NCBI RefSeq assembly: GCF_006345805.1
Contig: NC_043013.1
Coordinates: 41,230,001 to 41,294,000, forward strand
From: Octopus sinensis
Lineage: Eukaryota
Length of the DNA stretch: 64,000 bases
Reading direction: 5' to 3'
In this document: in pieces, positions 1-14,347 of the stretch
Numbering within the stretch: position 1 is the first letter of the stretch
How the letters are laid out: the number at the start of each line of letters is the position of its first letter
The notes under the pieces: model-generated
The model's database searches: none
What the model saw: only the letters and a program-made list of their open reading frames with translations
Told to the model about the DNA's origin: nothing
Position numbers and translations under genes: made by a program

Positions 1-611
1 TGTCACTTTGATGGCATGTACCTCTCTCTCTCTCACACACACACACACATATATATGCATATATGTACATAGATATATGCATGCATATATACCTGCTAAC
101 ATACACACATATCTATGTTTAAGGATGTCTGTTTTATTATCTATTAAAAAGAGAAAAAAAACTGTGGTGAATCGGCAGTGTTGATAGGGCATCATATAAA
201 AAATTGCCTGCAATATTTGTTTCAGCTCTTTATGTTCTAAGTTCCAATACCGCCATAATCAACTTTGCCTTACATCTTTCGAGGATCAATAAAATAAAGA
301 AAAAAACCGTCAAATACTGGGATCGATATAATCAACAAATACTCTCGACAAATTTCGGGTCTTATGCGTATGTTAGAAAATAAACAAGCTGATTACACAC
401 ACAACATATATATATATATATAGAGAGAGAGAGACAGACAGACAGAGAGATAAAGGCTATTATGTGGGTAAATAAATTAAATATAACAGCTTATGTTTGA
501 TATACAAACATATATATGTGTGTGTGCATATGCTATATATATATGTATATGCAAAAGGTAAGACAGCAAGCACTGATGATTTTGGGACGATATTTAAGTA
601 TAAATATATAT

Positions 612-815
612 TACGGAGATGTACTTGCATAGCAAGTGACCTGATCTGAGATCGTGTGCTGGAACGAAAACAATTGCAGCGTGGAAGGTGTTTATAAGCC
701 ATGTAAGAAACACACACAAACCGTTAGATACACTTCAACATTTAAATTTAATTTGCCAAAATATTTTCGTCGCTTTGAGATCGCGGTCTATTCACTGACA
801 AAATTCCGTGCTAGA
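612..815 (-). mobile_element. ~200-bp Penelope-pLTR-like element in AT tract with variant hammerhead-like motif (752-802)
   Basis: Minus strand reads UUUGUCA-GUGAAUA-GACCGC-loop-GCGAC-GAAA-AUAUUU-UGGCAAA: 7-bp stem I, palindromic AAUAUU stem III, non-canonical core. Flanked by TA-rich sequence. Confidence 0.4.
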
Positions 816-1157
816 TATTTATATATTAATATATAAAACTTACACGAAGTACAAACGACAGACAAAATTAAAGGGGATGCAAGATTTTATAAGTTCAACA
901 GCGGTTTCTGGGGAGGGGGAGATCTATCCTAATGTTGGTATATTTAGTTCACCACAATATGCGGCCAGTAATAGAAGCAGATCTGTTCACCCAGATTCCT
1001 CTTATACCCACTCTTTACCTCATGGAATTGGTCCCTCGTAACAACATCAGAACCCAAGTTCGAATCATTTGAGCGCTACTAAGTATGTCCTATACCGAGA
1101 ATCTCTGGATGTCATCTGTTGACTATACACACACACATACATACATACATACATACA

Positions 1158-1190
<33 letters not shown>

Positions 1191-1370
1191 TCTATTTTTA
1201 TACAACATAACAATATTTTTTATAAACAGTCACCCTTAGTTCCCCAAGATAAAATTTCCTCTGTATTAAAATCCTAGGTTTCTTAGCATTTTGCCCCTTT
1301 AACTGGTAATTAATATCATGATTTAGAGTCTTTCCCTATGCAGCCTCCTTTTACAGACAGTTACTCTATA

Positions 1371-1785
1371 TCCTTGTTTGTCCTCTCTGTGTTTAGCCCC
1401 TTGTGGGTAGTAAAGAAATAGGTATTTCGTCTGCCGCTACGTTCTGAGTTCAAATTCCGCCGAGGTCGACTTTGCCTTTAATCCTTTTGGGGTTGATTAA
1501 ATAAGTACCAGTTACTTACTGGGGTCGATATAATCGACTTAATCCCTTTGTCTGTCCTGGTTGTCTTCTCTGTGTTTAGCCTCTTGTGGGTAGTAAAAAA
1601 TAGGTATTTCGCCGGTCTTTGCATCCTAAGTTCAAATTCCGTGGAGGTCGACTTTGCCTTTTATCCTTTCGGGGTCGATTAAATAAGTACCAGTTTCGCA
1701 CTGGGGTCGATGTAATCGACTTAATCCCTTTGTCTGTCCTTGTTTGTCCTCTCTATGTTTAGTCCCCTGTGGGCAATAAAGACAT
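1371..1785 (+). mobile_element. Head-to-tail multimer of headless SINE units (family C, ~182-bp period)
   Basis: Units start GGTATTTCG at 1421 and 1603, contain the B-box-like GAGTTCAAATTCC, and end TAGTAAAGAAATA-like. Same body as the full SINEs at 32849-33062 and 37860. Confidence 0.8.
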
Positions 1786-2559
1786 ATATATGTGTATGTA
1801 TATACAGGTGTTTGTTTATAAGTAAATACTTGGATCTGCATCAGTGTGTGTGTGTTTGTGTGTGTGTGTGTATGTATGTCTATCAATGTATGCGCATATC
1901 TATGTGTGTGTGTGCGTGTGTGTGTATTTGCATGCTTATACTAATGCCTGCAACTATATGCACATGTGTGTTTGTCCGTTAACTAGAGGCTGTTTCGTTT
2001 CGGGCATTGCTGTTTACTTTTGGATATGTATGTATGTATATATGGATGTATATCTACGAGTGTGTATGTATGTTTATGGTGTGTATACTTCCATGTGCAC
2101 ATTAAAATGTCTATGCAAATACACGTGCATTTGCCTATGTGACTAGATGCTTGGCTTTGTGCGCTTGTGTGTATTTTGGGATGTGTAAGTATGTATGTGT
2201 GTGTGTATATACATACATACATATATATACATACATACCTACATACATACTTACATACATACATACATATATATATATATGTATAAATGCCTATAAGCAT
2301 ATATGTTTGTACTGTGCAGATGTATGCCCACGACTGTATGCGTTTGCATGTGCATGTTAATGTGTGAATAGTTTAATGAGTTGAATACGTTTCTTTTGGT
2401 ATACTTCACTCTGGTATGTGGATGTGTGTTTTGCACGATTGGGTGTTTATGCTTGCGTCAGCTAATGAGTATTCAAGCGCGCGCGCACGGACACACACGC
2501 ACACAAACTCACATGACCAAATAAATATGTCTATATATATGTATGCATTTATGTATATA

Positions 2560-2619
<60 letters not shown>

Positions 2620-2859
2620 TACACACACATATACATGCATTCATATATATTTATATATATATATATATATATATTTATATGCATACATATGCATTTATAT
2701 GTATGTATATATATATACATATATACATGCATTCATACATATACATACACCTATACATTTATATATATATATGTATATGTATAATATATAAATATATATA
2801 TATATATCTTCATATAATCCATATAATACATGCATATATGTTTATATATATGTATATAT

Positions 2860-2915
<56 letters not shown>

Positions 2916-3512
2916 TCATATAAGCCATATACATACATGCAATATATGTTTATATATATATATACATATGTGCGTGTGCGCGTGTGTGTATGAGAATATG
3001 CACACGTTTACGTGTGTATGCATTTTTTTTTCTACAATGTAAAGATTGACATGAATACACAACAAAATAACTGTGAAGATGATGTCACAGTCTCTTCAGT
3101 TATTACTCCTTTACCCGTCCGACAGTTGCAGCTGACACATTTTTCAATAGTATTCCTTATAAGATAAACAAGGAAAGATAAAAGCCGCCTGCTGTTCTCT
3201 ATAAATGACGTCAAACGAACAGCTTCTTGCAAACTGAATATCGTTTATCCTCCTGTCGATAAATTCATAAATACTACGGCATTGTTGTGTATTTGTTGAT
3301 ATCAAATTCTGATTAACATATTAAATAAATATGAATTTTCTTTTAACAACACGGATTTTCTTTCTAAATGGACAATATATTGTCACAACTCCGAGCATTT
3401 CACAATTTATTCAAGTGATGCTATTCGGAAAATGAGATAGAACCATAGCAGAAAATTACCCACTGAGTGTTTGACACTCGTATGTGTGAATGTACACACA
3501 CACACGCACACA

Positions 3513-3547
<35 letters not shown>

Positions 3548-3717
3548 GCATATATATATATATATATTTATATGTGTATGTGCGTATATATATATGTATG
3601 TATAAATATATTATACACATATGTATACTACACATCCTTGCATATATGCACATATACATACGACTATACATACAGATGTGTCTATGTATTTATGGGTTCA
3701 TGCTTGGGTGTGTGTGT

Positions 3718-3765
<48 letters not shown>

Positions 3766-4218
3766 TATGTGTGTGTGCGTGTGTGTGTGAGTGCATGTTC
3801 GTGTGTTGGTCTAGGTAAACACATAGTTGTGTGGTTAAGAATCTCGCTTTGCAGCCACGCAGTTTCAGGTTCGGTCCCACTTCCTTTCTTAGTGGTCTGA
3901 TGCGATGTTGGTAACTGGATATTTTGAGATTTTCACAATCAATGGAATGGTCCCTTTTGGATGTATGAGAGGATGTTTGTGCAACAAAAAGCTCCCCTCC
4001 CCAAATGAATGATTAGTTCTTCGAAATATCTCTTCCTGGAGATTTTGTAATTGTTAAGCAACTGAGTTCAATTAGACACATTCATCCGGCTCTGAAGAGA
4101 TTCAAAGTTTGCAGGATATGCGTGTTCGTGTGTTCCGGCGCAAATATATATAGGTATGTGTGTGAGTGCGTTTGTGTGTTTGTAAATTTATGTATTTGTG
4201 CGCGTGTGTGTGCGTGAA

Positions 4219-4536
4219 GGCAGGTGGCTTAGCGGTTAGAGTATTCTGAAAAAGATCTTAAGTTTGCGAGTTCGATACACGTCAGCGTGTTGTGTCTTTG
4301 AGCAAGACACTTTATTTCACATTGCTGCAGTCCACTCAGCTGGCAAACATGAATAGAACCTGTAGTTCAAAGGGCCAGCCGTGTTCCCTTCTGTGTCACG
4401 CTGAATCTCCTTCAGAACTGAGTTCAGAGTACGCGTGTCTGTGGAGTGCTCAGCAATTTGCACGTTATTTTCACGAGCAAGCTGTTCCACTGATCGGATA
4501 ATCTAGAACACTTGTCGAGGTAACCGACGGAGTGTC
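4219..4536 (+). mobile_element. tRNA-derived SINE (family B)
   Basis: A-box-like TGGCTTAGCGG, B-box GAGTTCGATAC, central TTGAGCAAGACACTT and 3' GTAACCGACGGAGTG, shared with copies at 24097, 26225 and 35831. Confidence 0.8.
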
Positions 4537-4572
4537 TAAATCAAGACCATTATTGTTGCTGTTGATGTTGCT

Positions 4573-4800
4573 AAGGTGGTTAGCTGGAAGAATCAGTAGC
4601 GCGCCTGACCAAGTGCTATGTGCCATGTCTTCTGGCTCTTTAGTTTGCAAGTTCCCGTATCAGTCATGTCAACTTTACCTTTCATCCCTTCAGGATCGAA
4701 AAAATAAAGTACCAGATAAGTACAGAAATCTATGTAAACGTCTTGTTCTCTAACCTCAAAACTGCTGGCCTTGTGCTAAAATTAGAAATAATCATTATTT
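4573..4800 (+). mobile_element. Diverged SINE family C copy
   Basis: AGCTGGAAGAATCAGTAGC head and ACTTTACCTTTCATCCCTTCAGG body match family C. Confidence 0.6.
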
Positions 4801-5004
4801 CTATATGACTGTATATATACAAATGTGTATGTATGTATGTATGTATGTATGTATGTATGTATGTATGCATGCATGTATGTATGTATGTATGTATGTATGT
4901 ATGTATGTATGTATGTTTGTTTGTTTCATATCTATGTATGTATCTATGACGTATGTATGTTTGCTTGTTTTCATATCTGCACACAGTGTTCAGATATTGA
5001 ACTC

Positions 5005-5180
5005 AAAATTTGACACAAGACCAGCAATTTCGAGGGAGCGGGGAGTAAGTCGATTTGTACTGGTACTTATTCTATCGGCCCCGAAAGATGTAAAGCAAAG
5101 TCGACTTCGGTGGAATTTGAACTGAGACGTAACGCCGCTAAGTGTTTAATTCGGTGTGCTAACGATCCTGCCTGCTAGCC
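5005..5180 (-). mobile_element. Diverged SINE family C copy
   Basis: Reverse complement of the family C body (AAAGTCGACTTCGGTGGAATTTGAACT on + strand). Confidence 0.6.
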
Positions 5181-5420
5181 ATAGATATTAATTGCAAGCA
5201 AGGACACAGTGTTTCGTTATGTAACCATAATATACTACCAAGTATATTGCAGGTTTATAAGGCACTCTACTGTGTCCTAGCTGATATTTGTAGTGCGCTA
5301 TTTTCACTTGTATGTTTATCTCTTCTGAATCTATTTATAGAATTCAGAACCAGCACTGCAGGTTCTGACGTTTCGTTAACTAATGCGTCTATGCAAACAA
5401 TGCGATCGAAGAAAGGAAAA

Positions 5421-5479
5421 TAGGTAATGCGTATATGCATATTTCAAGAGTTATTGCTCTTTCATCAGTATCACACCTA
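5421..5479 (-). ncRNA. Hammerhead ribozyme, type-I layout, proximal stem I damaged
   Basis: Minus strand: CUGAUGA (5468-5462), AAGAG/CUCUU stem II, GAAA, palindrome AUAUGCAUAU, AUA cleavage triplet. Distal stem I UAGGU/ACCUA pairs; the proximal pairs are mismatched. Confidence 0.55.
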
Positions 5480-6436
5480 ACCCATCAATTATCCATGAAT
5501 ACACTGATTAAATAGCAACTATGTTTAGCGATGTTACACAATTGCAGAGACCAATTTTCACATTACACATAATCCTGGAAACTGGTTCTTACATTTTGAT
5601 TGCTGGCAATTACACAGTATTTCATTTTGCAACCGTAATACACTACCAGGTATATTTCAGATTTGCTCTCAGTTAGCAGTGTGATATTTTCATTTCTTTT
5701 TTTTAAGTTTATCTCTTTAGATTTTCTATAGAAAAATGATTATGAGTTCAGCAAAAATTTAGATTCAAATGAATATCGTGCTTAAGTTGAGGCACCAGAA
5801 TTTAGTACGGTAATATCCATACAATGATTATGTGTAGATTATTTACAATAAGTCGGCGCCGCCGTATATGTTCCAGAAGTTTCCTGAGGTTGGAGATAGG
5901 TATAGTGAGGTCCGGTGGGTTTTTATTGGAACTCAGAACATGGCCGGAAGGGACTAACACAGATTCTAATTCTTTTAGTCCGAAGGTCTTCTTTTACTGT
6001 TATATCACCATCGCTAGTGGGAAAATGTATACAGCTTGTGCGTGTGTGCATATTACAATAAGTGAGTTCGCCTATGTGTGTCCTTGTCTGCAAGCATCTT
6101 AGTGTGTGCATTTGTGAACAAATGTGTGTGCGTATAGATGCGTTGTTGTGTGTGGTTTCGGGTATATATTCTCATGTACTTGTGTGCTTTCGTGTATGTG
6201 TGTGAGTGTATTTGTAAATGTTAACATGGTTGTATGTCTGTTAGCAACACCTAACGGCATAGCGATATCGAAGAATTAACGCATATATACAACGCGTATT
6301 TGTGTGAATATATATCCGGCTGCTTGTATGTACGTTCGTATGTACGTATGTATATACGCACGCACGTACGTACGTACGTACGTACGTACGTATGTATGTA
6401 TGTATGTATGTATGTATGTATGTATGTATGTATGAA

Positions 6437-6768
6437 GGCGCGTGGCTCAGTGGTTGGAGCGTCGAGCTTACGCTCGTGAGATAGTGAGATCGATTCCTGG
6501 ACCGGGCTGCATGTTGTGTTCTTGAGCAAGACACTTTATTTCACGTTGCTCCAGTTAACTCAGCTGTAGAAATGAGTTGCGACATCACTGGTGCCAAGCT
6601 GTATCGGCCTCTTTCCCTTTCCCTTGGATAACATCAGTGGTTTGGAGAGGAGAGGCCGGTATGCATGGGCGACTACTGGCCTTCCACAAACAACCTTGCC
6701 CGGACTTGTGCCTGGGAGGGTAACTTTCTAGGTGCAATCCCATGGTCATTCATGACTGAAGGGGTCTC
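6437..6768 (+). mobile_element. tRNA-derived SINE, family B head with alternative 3' tail
   Basis: TGGCTCAGTGG A box, GATCGATTCC B box, TTGAGCAAGACACTT core; tail differs from the 4219 copy. Confidence 0.75.
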
Positions 6769-7380
6769 CTCCTTCTCCATATATGTATGTATAGATAATT
6801 CTTTGAGTATGTGAGTGCGTGATTGAGAGTGTGTTGAACACTATAAAGAGACCTCTATGAGTTATACAAGTGTCAGTGTGTGTAATTATTATACACACCG
6901 TAGTAAGTATATTTCGAGATCGGTCTGCATAAGTACTGGGATGTGTGAGTACAAGGATTCATAAGTTCGCGCGTGTCTGAGATTTTACATTAGCATGTAA
7001 AGAAGGAGCAACGCCATGACATATGTTATCCTTCCCTACTTAGTGAAAACTATTCAGTGACATATCCAGCTTCAACTACTTCAAAGATGATATCTGAGCA
7101 AAAAAGAAAAAAACTAGGACCGTCTGATACTTTATTGACACAAGAAGCATGAAAAGCAAATCTGGTTTCGACGGGATTTGAACTCATGTCGTAAACCACC
7201 GAATGAGACACTACAAAAGCATATTTACGATACTTTAATGATATAGCCGAATGACCCGAACAGCGAGAAGCTTAAAGATAAAGACAAGTTGACTATATAA
7301 CAACGAAAACACATAAACATATGTGACTATGTCTGCCTGACTGTCTGTCTATCTATCTATTTATCTGCCTGACTGGTCTG

Positions 7381-7433
<53 letters not shown>

Positions 7434-7880
7434 ATCTATCTATCTATCTGCCTATCTGTTTATCCGACTATCTGTCTGTATATCTATCTATCTACCTACG
7501 TATCTATCTATTTATCTATCTATACGTTAGTCTCTCTCTCTACCTACACATCTGCCTGTCTGTCTGTCTCCACAGACAGAGAAAGAGAAGAAAGAGAAGA
7601 GAGTGGTGGTGGAGGAGGAGGACGAGGAGGAGAGATTATGCCCGCGTATTTCACTTGCGTCACGGCAAGTTATGAGATCAACATTTGGTTTATTGAAGAG
7701 CGGCTTCCCCTTTGAAACGTTCGAAATCGATGAAATATGTACCCGTTGAACACTGGGGTCGACTGAGCCCCTTTCCTGAACTTACTGGCCATGTACCAAA
7801 ATTTGAAACAAATATTTAGTTTAGTGATAGACACAAACAGAAAAACACACCCACAAGTACACAAATGTACACATATACAG

Positions 7881-8000
7881 CGGACTTCTTTCAGTTTCCG
7901 TCTACCAAATTCACTAACAAGGGTTTGGTTGGCCCGAGGTTATAGCGAAAGGCAGTTGCTGCCCATGGTGCCACGCAGTGGGACTGAACCCGGAGCCAAC
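7881..8000 (-). mobile_element. Partial SINE family A
   Basis: Reverse complement of GGGTTCAGTCCCACTGCGTGGCACC...GGTAGACGGAAACTGAAAGAAG. Confidence 0.75.
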
Positions 8001-8461
8001 TTCTTACGACACAATTGCACCTACGCCTACATATGTATACATTCACACATACATACATACCTGCATACATACATACCTATAAATATTCATTCATATATGT
8101 GTGTGTGTGTATGTGTATGTGTGTGTATATATGTTTGTATATATATGTATATATATATATATATATATGTATATGTATATATATATACACACATATATAC
8201 ACCACACATACACACATATACACAATATGATTGCAGCCACTTGATGCATGTACTCACACATAAATTCACAAACACATACACACACATACGGATAGATGGA
8301 TGTTTATACAAATATAGACAATCGGGGTATGTTTTCGTACGTGTATACATCAATACATCTGCAAGTCTATGAGCTTATGTATGTTTGTATGTATGTGTAT
8401 GCGCCAGTGTGCGTTTCTATGTCTGTATATACTTATATCTGTACGTATGCGTGTGTGTGTG

Positions 8462-8501
<40 letters not shown>

Positions 8502-9306
8502 GTAAAATTTTAAATAACATTCGATATTTAGAGACATTTTAAGCCAAGGGAGGCCATTACATTTTCATTATCCATTTTGGATGGCGTCCAATTTTCATTT
8601 ATATATTTTTTGTTACTTTCGTTTCTCGTAATTTTCTTATGAATTTAAATACTTTATATATATTTTTTTTCGCTCAAACACTTCATACGTTTGCTTTTTT
8701 TTCATTCTTCAGAATTTCTTTCTTTTGTATCTCACCTCTTTACACACAATCATTGCTGTAACAATTAATCAATTGCTTTAACAACCGGTTATTCATCAAA
8801 TAAAACCCAGTTAATTTAATTGCGCTGACAGCTAATGAGAAAGCGACTTAATGAAAGACAAAAGACAAAATAATAATAAATAGTTTAAGAGACAAAGAAA
8901 GAGAGAGAGAGAGAGGGAGGGAGAGAGTAGAAAAGAAATTTGTGAAAATCTGCTTCTTTTTTATTTGTATTTATGTATTTGTTTATTATTTTGGTGTTTT
9001 TTCACTTGAAGCGAAATATCTTACCGGTTCGAAAGTCAATATAATTCTTCAGCTTTGGCTAATGTCCTTTAGCTTAGCTTGTTCATTGTGTCTGCTGGCT
9101 GGCAGTGTTACTTGGCAAGCGTTTTCACACGCACACACACACACACACACACACATACACACACAAACACGCACACACACGCGCGTACAAAAGCATACAC
9201 AAACACACACACACATCTACACGCATTCAGAAATACCCACTCACATGCATGCTCATATACGATACACAATGTCTGTACACATAGACATACTTACATACAT
9301 GTATAT

Positions 9307-9347
<41 letters not shown>

Positions 9348-9680
9348 TACATATATATACATATATATTATACATGTCTATATATACATACATATATATG
9401 CATATATACATGTGATCACACATGTACATACACACAAATTTATAGTTGCACGTATATTAAGCATCAAGTTCTTCCATAATTATGGAGTAACAAGATTACG
9501 AATTCCAAATTCCACGCGCTCGCGCACGCTCTCACTTGTACACACATACAGATATACACGCGGACACATCCACTCGCACACAGACACACACACATCTATA
9601 TGATTCCAACACAAATTCTGTCTCTCTCTTTACATCTATCTATCTAGCTACCTAGTTATACATACACACACACACACACA

Positions 9681-9762
<82 letters not shown>

Positions 9763-9832
9763 GTGGTGTGTGGTGTGTGTGTGTGTGTGTATCTATCTAT
9801 CTATCTATCTATCTATCTAATATATATATTAT

Positions 9833-9866
<34 letters not shown>

Positions 9867-10050
9867 ATACATGCATATATATATATATATATATATATAT
9901 TATACATACACTCATACTTATATATATATGTATGTGTATATATGCATATATAAACGTGTTTGTGTGTCTATATCTTTATACACTATATATATATATATAT
10001 ATATACTTACATATATGTACGTACATACACATATATGTATATGTATGTAG

Positions 10051-10102
<52 letters not shown>

Positions 10103-10585
10103 CAGATTATACGCGCAAGCACACACACAGAAATTCGAACTATTGATCGATAGATACGTTATACTTTCTGTTTTATTTTTGTTCTAGGTTATTTTTTTCG
10201 CACAGTCTATATTTTCGTAATGCAGTTGTGTGATTCTCCATTAAATGTGAGACACATGATATAGCACTGATGTATGATATTAGATATAATACGATGCGTA
10301 TGAGGAGATATCAAATTATAGTGAGAATTATATTTGCTATCAAGTTGATTGAGAGGGCATCAGAAGATGCAATGTAAATTTGATGTTTAGAATATCTGTG
10401 TGCGAGTGTGCAGGATTGGAGTATATGTGTGTAACATGTGAACACACACATATGTTTCTGCGTTGAGAAGTGTGTGTATATATGTATATCTGTATACATA
10501 ATTGTGTGCGTTTCTATGTGTTTGCTTGTATGCATACATAATTCTATACATTCATTCATAGAACAGTAATACATACATGCATGCC

Positions 10586-10622
<37 letters not shown>

Positions 10623-11474
10623 CATATATATATTACACACATATATAATCCCATATATATATACATATATATATTATATATATATATATATATAGATATG
10701 TATATATAATGTGTATATATATTTATGCACACAAATATCTATAAACGCACACACACACACATATATATATATGTACACATATACTTGCACATATATTTAT
10801 GCATACAAGGAAATGGATACGCAAAGACATAAATTCATACGCACTTTCATACTTAGATGCGTCCACTCCTCTCTCTCTCTCTCTCTCTCTCTCTTTATCT
10901 CTCATACACTTCTCATACACGCACATTCACACACTCATATTCACACAGATATATATTACCGCACGCATACGCAATTCTATGACAGAAAATATACATTTAA
11001 ATTTTTGTAATAATACAAACCATCAAGAAGTGTTATCTTCCTCCACAGTATAATTATACAACTTGCAAACAAAGAAAAAAAAAAGCAGTCATCGATATAT
11101 GTGTCATGGCCGTCTGAAGTAAACAACGATTTCACCACCGATTTCTTTCAGCTTCGAAATCTTTCTAAATTGCTTGGACATTCCAGCTACCGATGTAATC
11201 ACTGTAAGCTAGTTTGCTCTCAAACACGGACGAAACTCGTTATATGATTATATAATAAGCCAGGGCCTTAACGAAAATATTATAAACGGAATACAATTGC
11301 AAATTTTCGCTGCCAACAACATACATTACACCGACGACAGCAAACAATAACTGTTATCTTAATTTGTTTTTCTCTACCAAAACCAATACAGGATAACGTC
11401 TGGAATAACGTATTAATGTAAAATCGTTGGCTGTTACTATGAAGGTGGTACGAATATTTCGCCGAAACATTCAT

Positions 11475-11662
11475 ATCTTTTAGCTTTTAGCATTTATTTG
11501 CTTCTGTCATTAAATTGCAGCCATGCTGAAGCACTGCCTCGAGGGACCTAGTTGAAATAATAAACACTAATATGTATTTTAAGACTGAAACTTATTCTAC
11601 CGGTCTCTTTTGTCAAAGCGTTAGTATACAGAGACGTAGATATCCAACACTAGCTGTCAAGG
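11475..11662 (-). mobile_element. Diverged 3' part of SINE family A
   Basis: CTTATTCTACCGGTCTCTTTTG and CAGCCATGCTGAAGCAC match the reverse complement of the family A 3' half. Confidence 0.55.
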
Positions 11663-11667
11663 GTATA

Positions 11668-12660
11668 CTTACGGTGTACCTGGCTAACTGGTTAATACAA
11701 CCATCTTAACCCCTGATGGAGAAACATAATCTTTCTCAATCAAAGCCGGAATACTGCAGGGAGACACACTCGCCCCATTTCTTTTCATCATTGTTGTTGA
11801 TTATGTGCTACGTATGTCAGTTGATACCATCTCTGCAAGGGCTTTGAAATAAAACCAAGAAGTTCCAGACACCCAGCTGAGTACTTGACAGACACTGACT
11901 TTGCTGACGACATCGCTCTTATCAGTGATCTCTCTCCATGCCCAGTCTCTTTTACAATCTCTTGAACAAGCCTCAAATTGTGTAGGTCTTTACCTCAATG
12001 AGGCCAAAACTGAATACATAAACAAGTGCCTGTCCAACAGTGATTGCATCATCCACACTCTCAACAGTGCGCTTTAAATATGGTTTCTGATTATAAATAT
12101 CTTGGGTCATACATATCATCATCTGGAAAAGACTTTCTAACTAGAAAGGGTATGGCCTGGTCAGCCTGTAATGACATGCATAAGATCTGGTCATCAAATC
12201 TAAGTAGAGACTCAACTTGAAATATTCAAAGCCACAGTCGAACCAATTCTACTATATGGCTCAGAAACCTGGACGTTATCAAAGAAGCTTGAGAGGCGGT
12301 TGGATGGAACCTACACTCGCCTCCTTATGAGAGCTCAAAATCTCTCGTGGAGGCGCCATACAACCAAAATGCAAATATATGGGAAATTACCACCTGTGTC
12401 ATCTCTTGTGAAAGGTAGGAGAGTCCAGTTTGCTGGACATTGTTGTAGAGCTGAAAAAGAAGTAATTTCTACTCTTCTCCTCTGGAAGCCATCTACTCGT
12501 AACACCAGAGGGCGCACACTCTCCTACCCTGATGTAATCTCCAGGGATACAGACATCCAGCAACAGGACCTCCGTAATGCTATGATGGACCGTGAAGTCT
12601 GGCGTAACATAGTAAATTTCATTGTCTCGACCACGGTCGAACAATGATGAATGATGATGA
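11668..12660 (+). mobile_element. 5'-truncated RTE-like non-LTR retrotransposon (decayed RT C-terminal half)
   Basis: Translates to AGILQGDTLAPFLFIIVVDYVLR, TDFADDIAL, LYGSETWT and AMMDREVWRNIV. Has frameshifts/stops and ends in a (TGA)n tail at ~12645-12660. Confidence 0.9.
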
Positions 12661-13509
12661 TGGTTAATACAAACTTCCGCTCATGAAGGCACAAAGAAAA
12701 TATTTCACTCTAAATGTGAAGCGTTGGGTAACTAAAAGTGAAAATTCTATGTGAGGTCGCAGCCAATACTTCACAACATTGAAGAAACCTAGCAATTAAG
12801 TATAACTAAATTAAAAGAAAGCTAAACATATTTTGTTTTGTTGGCCTATTTACAGGACAATTAGTCTGACAAGCATCTTGTCCAGACCACACACAAAAAA
12901 AATCTCATTCTCTTCCACGAAACTATCACGAAGGTGACCTAACTGTTAAAATATATTTTCAGTTATTAAATCCTTTGTTACCAATACAAAATAAGTGAAT
13001 ATAAGCAAACATTTACAACAATGTAGAAAATTAAAGCTATTCACGAGTTCTTTGCTGATATCATCAATGGAAAATAGCAAACAACTTGACTTTGTGATAG
13101 AATAAGCACGTGGCATCAAAATGGAATTTAGTTAAGGAAAACCTTATTTCCCTTCCAGCGGGGGTTTCATGACTGAAGTTCTCATTCTTCAAACCGGAAG
13201 TTCTGACACTGAAGTTCTTACACACTGAAGCTCTTACTCTGACAAATATTAGCCCTACTCCCAAATATTAGTGAAAATTTAAGGGCACACATCCGTGCCT
13301 TTACTAATGAGCCGACAAAATAGATTATATTTAAGTCGTTGTGTTTACTATACACAAAATTTTCTAACATTTTTCTAACATAACGACTTAAATATATTCT
13401 TTAACCTTATAACACAAGCCTTCTGTAGTTTTTTTCACTCTTTTTTTTAATTTTTTATATATCCAACCACGTACTTTCACACACCAACTCTCTCACCTAT
13501 ATACATACA

Positions 13510-13542
<33 letters not shown>

Positions 13543-13551
13543 GTATACATA

Positions 13552-13616
<65 letters not shown>

Positions 13617-13636
13617 ATATATTATATATATATATA

Positions 13637-14015
13637 TCTATATATAAACGGCAGTTTGTCTGTGCGTTTTCTGTGTGTCTGTTTTCTCGTACCCTCACCC
13701 TGACCACGGCTTTCAACCGATTCTGATGAAACTTGACACACACATAGCCCAATGTCATAGTTCAAAACTAACGCAGCGAAAATTTTGAAAAGTTCCCCCA
13801 GTTCTGAAAAAAAATCGATAAATTCGACATGGGGTTGAGAATCAGAAACACAAATTGCAAACTGTCTAGGGGACTCAACTCCACCTTTTTTAACTAAAAA
13901 AAAAATTTACCATAATTTTTTTCCATCTTTTTGCTGTTTTTTGGATATAACTCTCTAAAAATGCTTTATAGTTATTTACCTTACAAACCTGAGCAACGCC
14001 GGGCGATACTGCTAG
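13637..14015 (+). mobile_element. Non-autonomous Helitron-like element
   Basis: Starts A|TC(TATATATAA) and ends GAGCAACGCCGGGCGATACTG-CTAG|T. Internal AACCGATTCTGATGAAACTTG segment resembles Helitron MITEs. No TSD. Confidence 0.7.
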
Positions 14016-14080
14016 TATATATATATATATATATATGTATATGTATATATGTATGTATGTATATATATATATATATATAT

Positions 14081-14287
14081 GCTTGTGTATCTGTTTTTGT
14101 CCCCCACCCCACCATCGCTTGACAACTGATGTTGGTGTGTTTACGTCCCCGTAACGTAGCGGTTCGGCAAAAGAGACCTATAGAATAAGTACTAGACTTA
14201 CAAAGAATAAGTTCTGGGGGTTGATTTGCTCGATTAAAGGCGGTACTCCAACATGGCCGCAGTCAAATGACTGAAACAAATAAAAGA
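14081..14287 (+). mobile_element. SINE family A, 3' half
   Basis: CATCGCTTGACAAC...GGTTCGGCAAAAGAGAC...GCAGTCAAATGACTGAAAC. Confidence 0.8.
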
Positions 14288-14308
14288 AAAAATGAATATA
14301 TATATTTA

Positions 14309-14347
<39 letters not shown>

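Noticed and set aside
3069-3099. Minus-strand CUGAAGA with GACUG/CAGUU stem
   Set aside because: No GAAA follows stem II, so not a hammerhead.
13159-13250. Strong + strand acceptor followed by three ACTGAAG motifs
   Set aside because: The ORF is only 19 codons and no donor was found; insufficient support.
13723-13732. CTGATGAAAC inside the Helitron
   Set aside because: No room for stem II; part of an ordinary Helitron-MITE segment.
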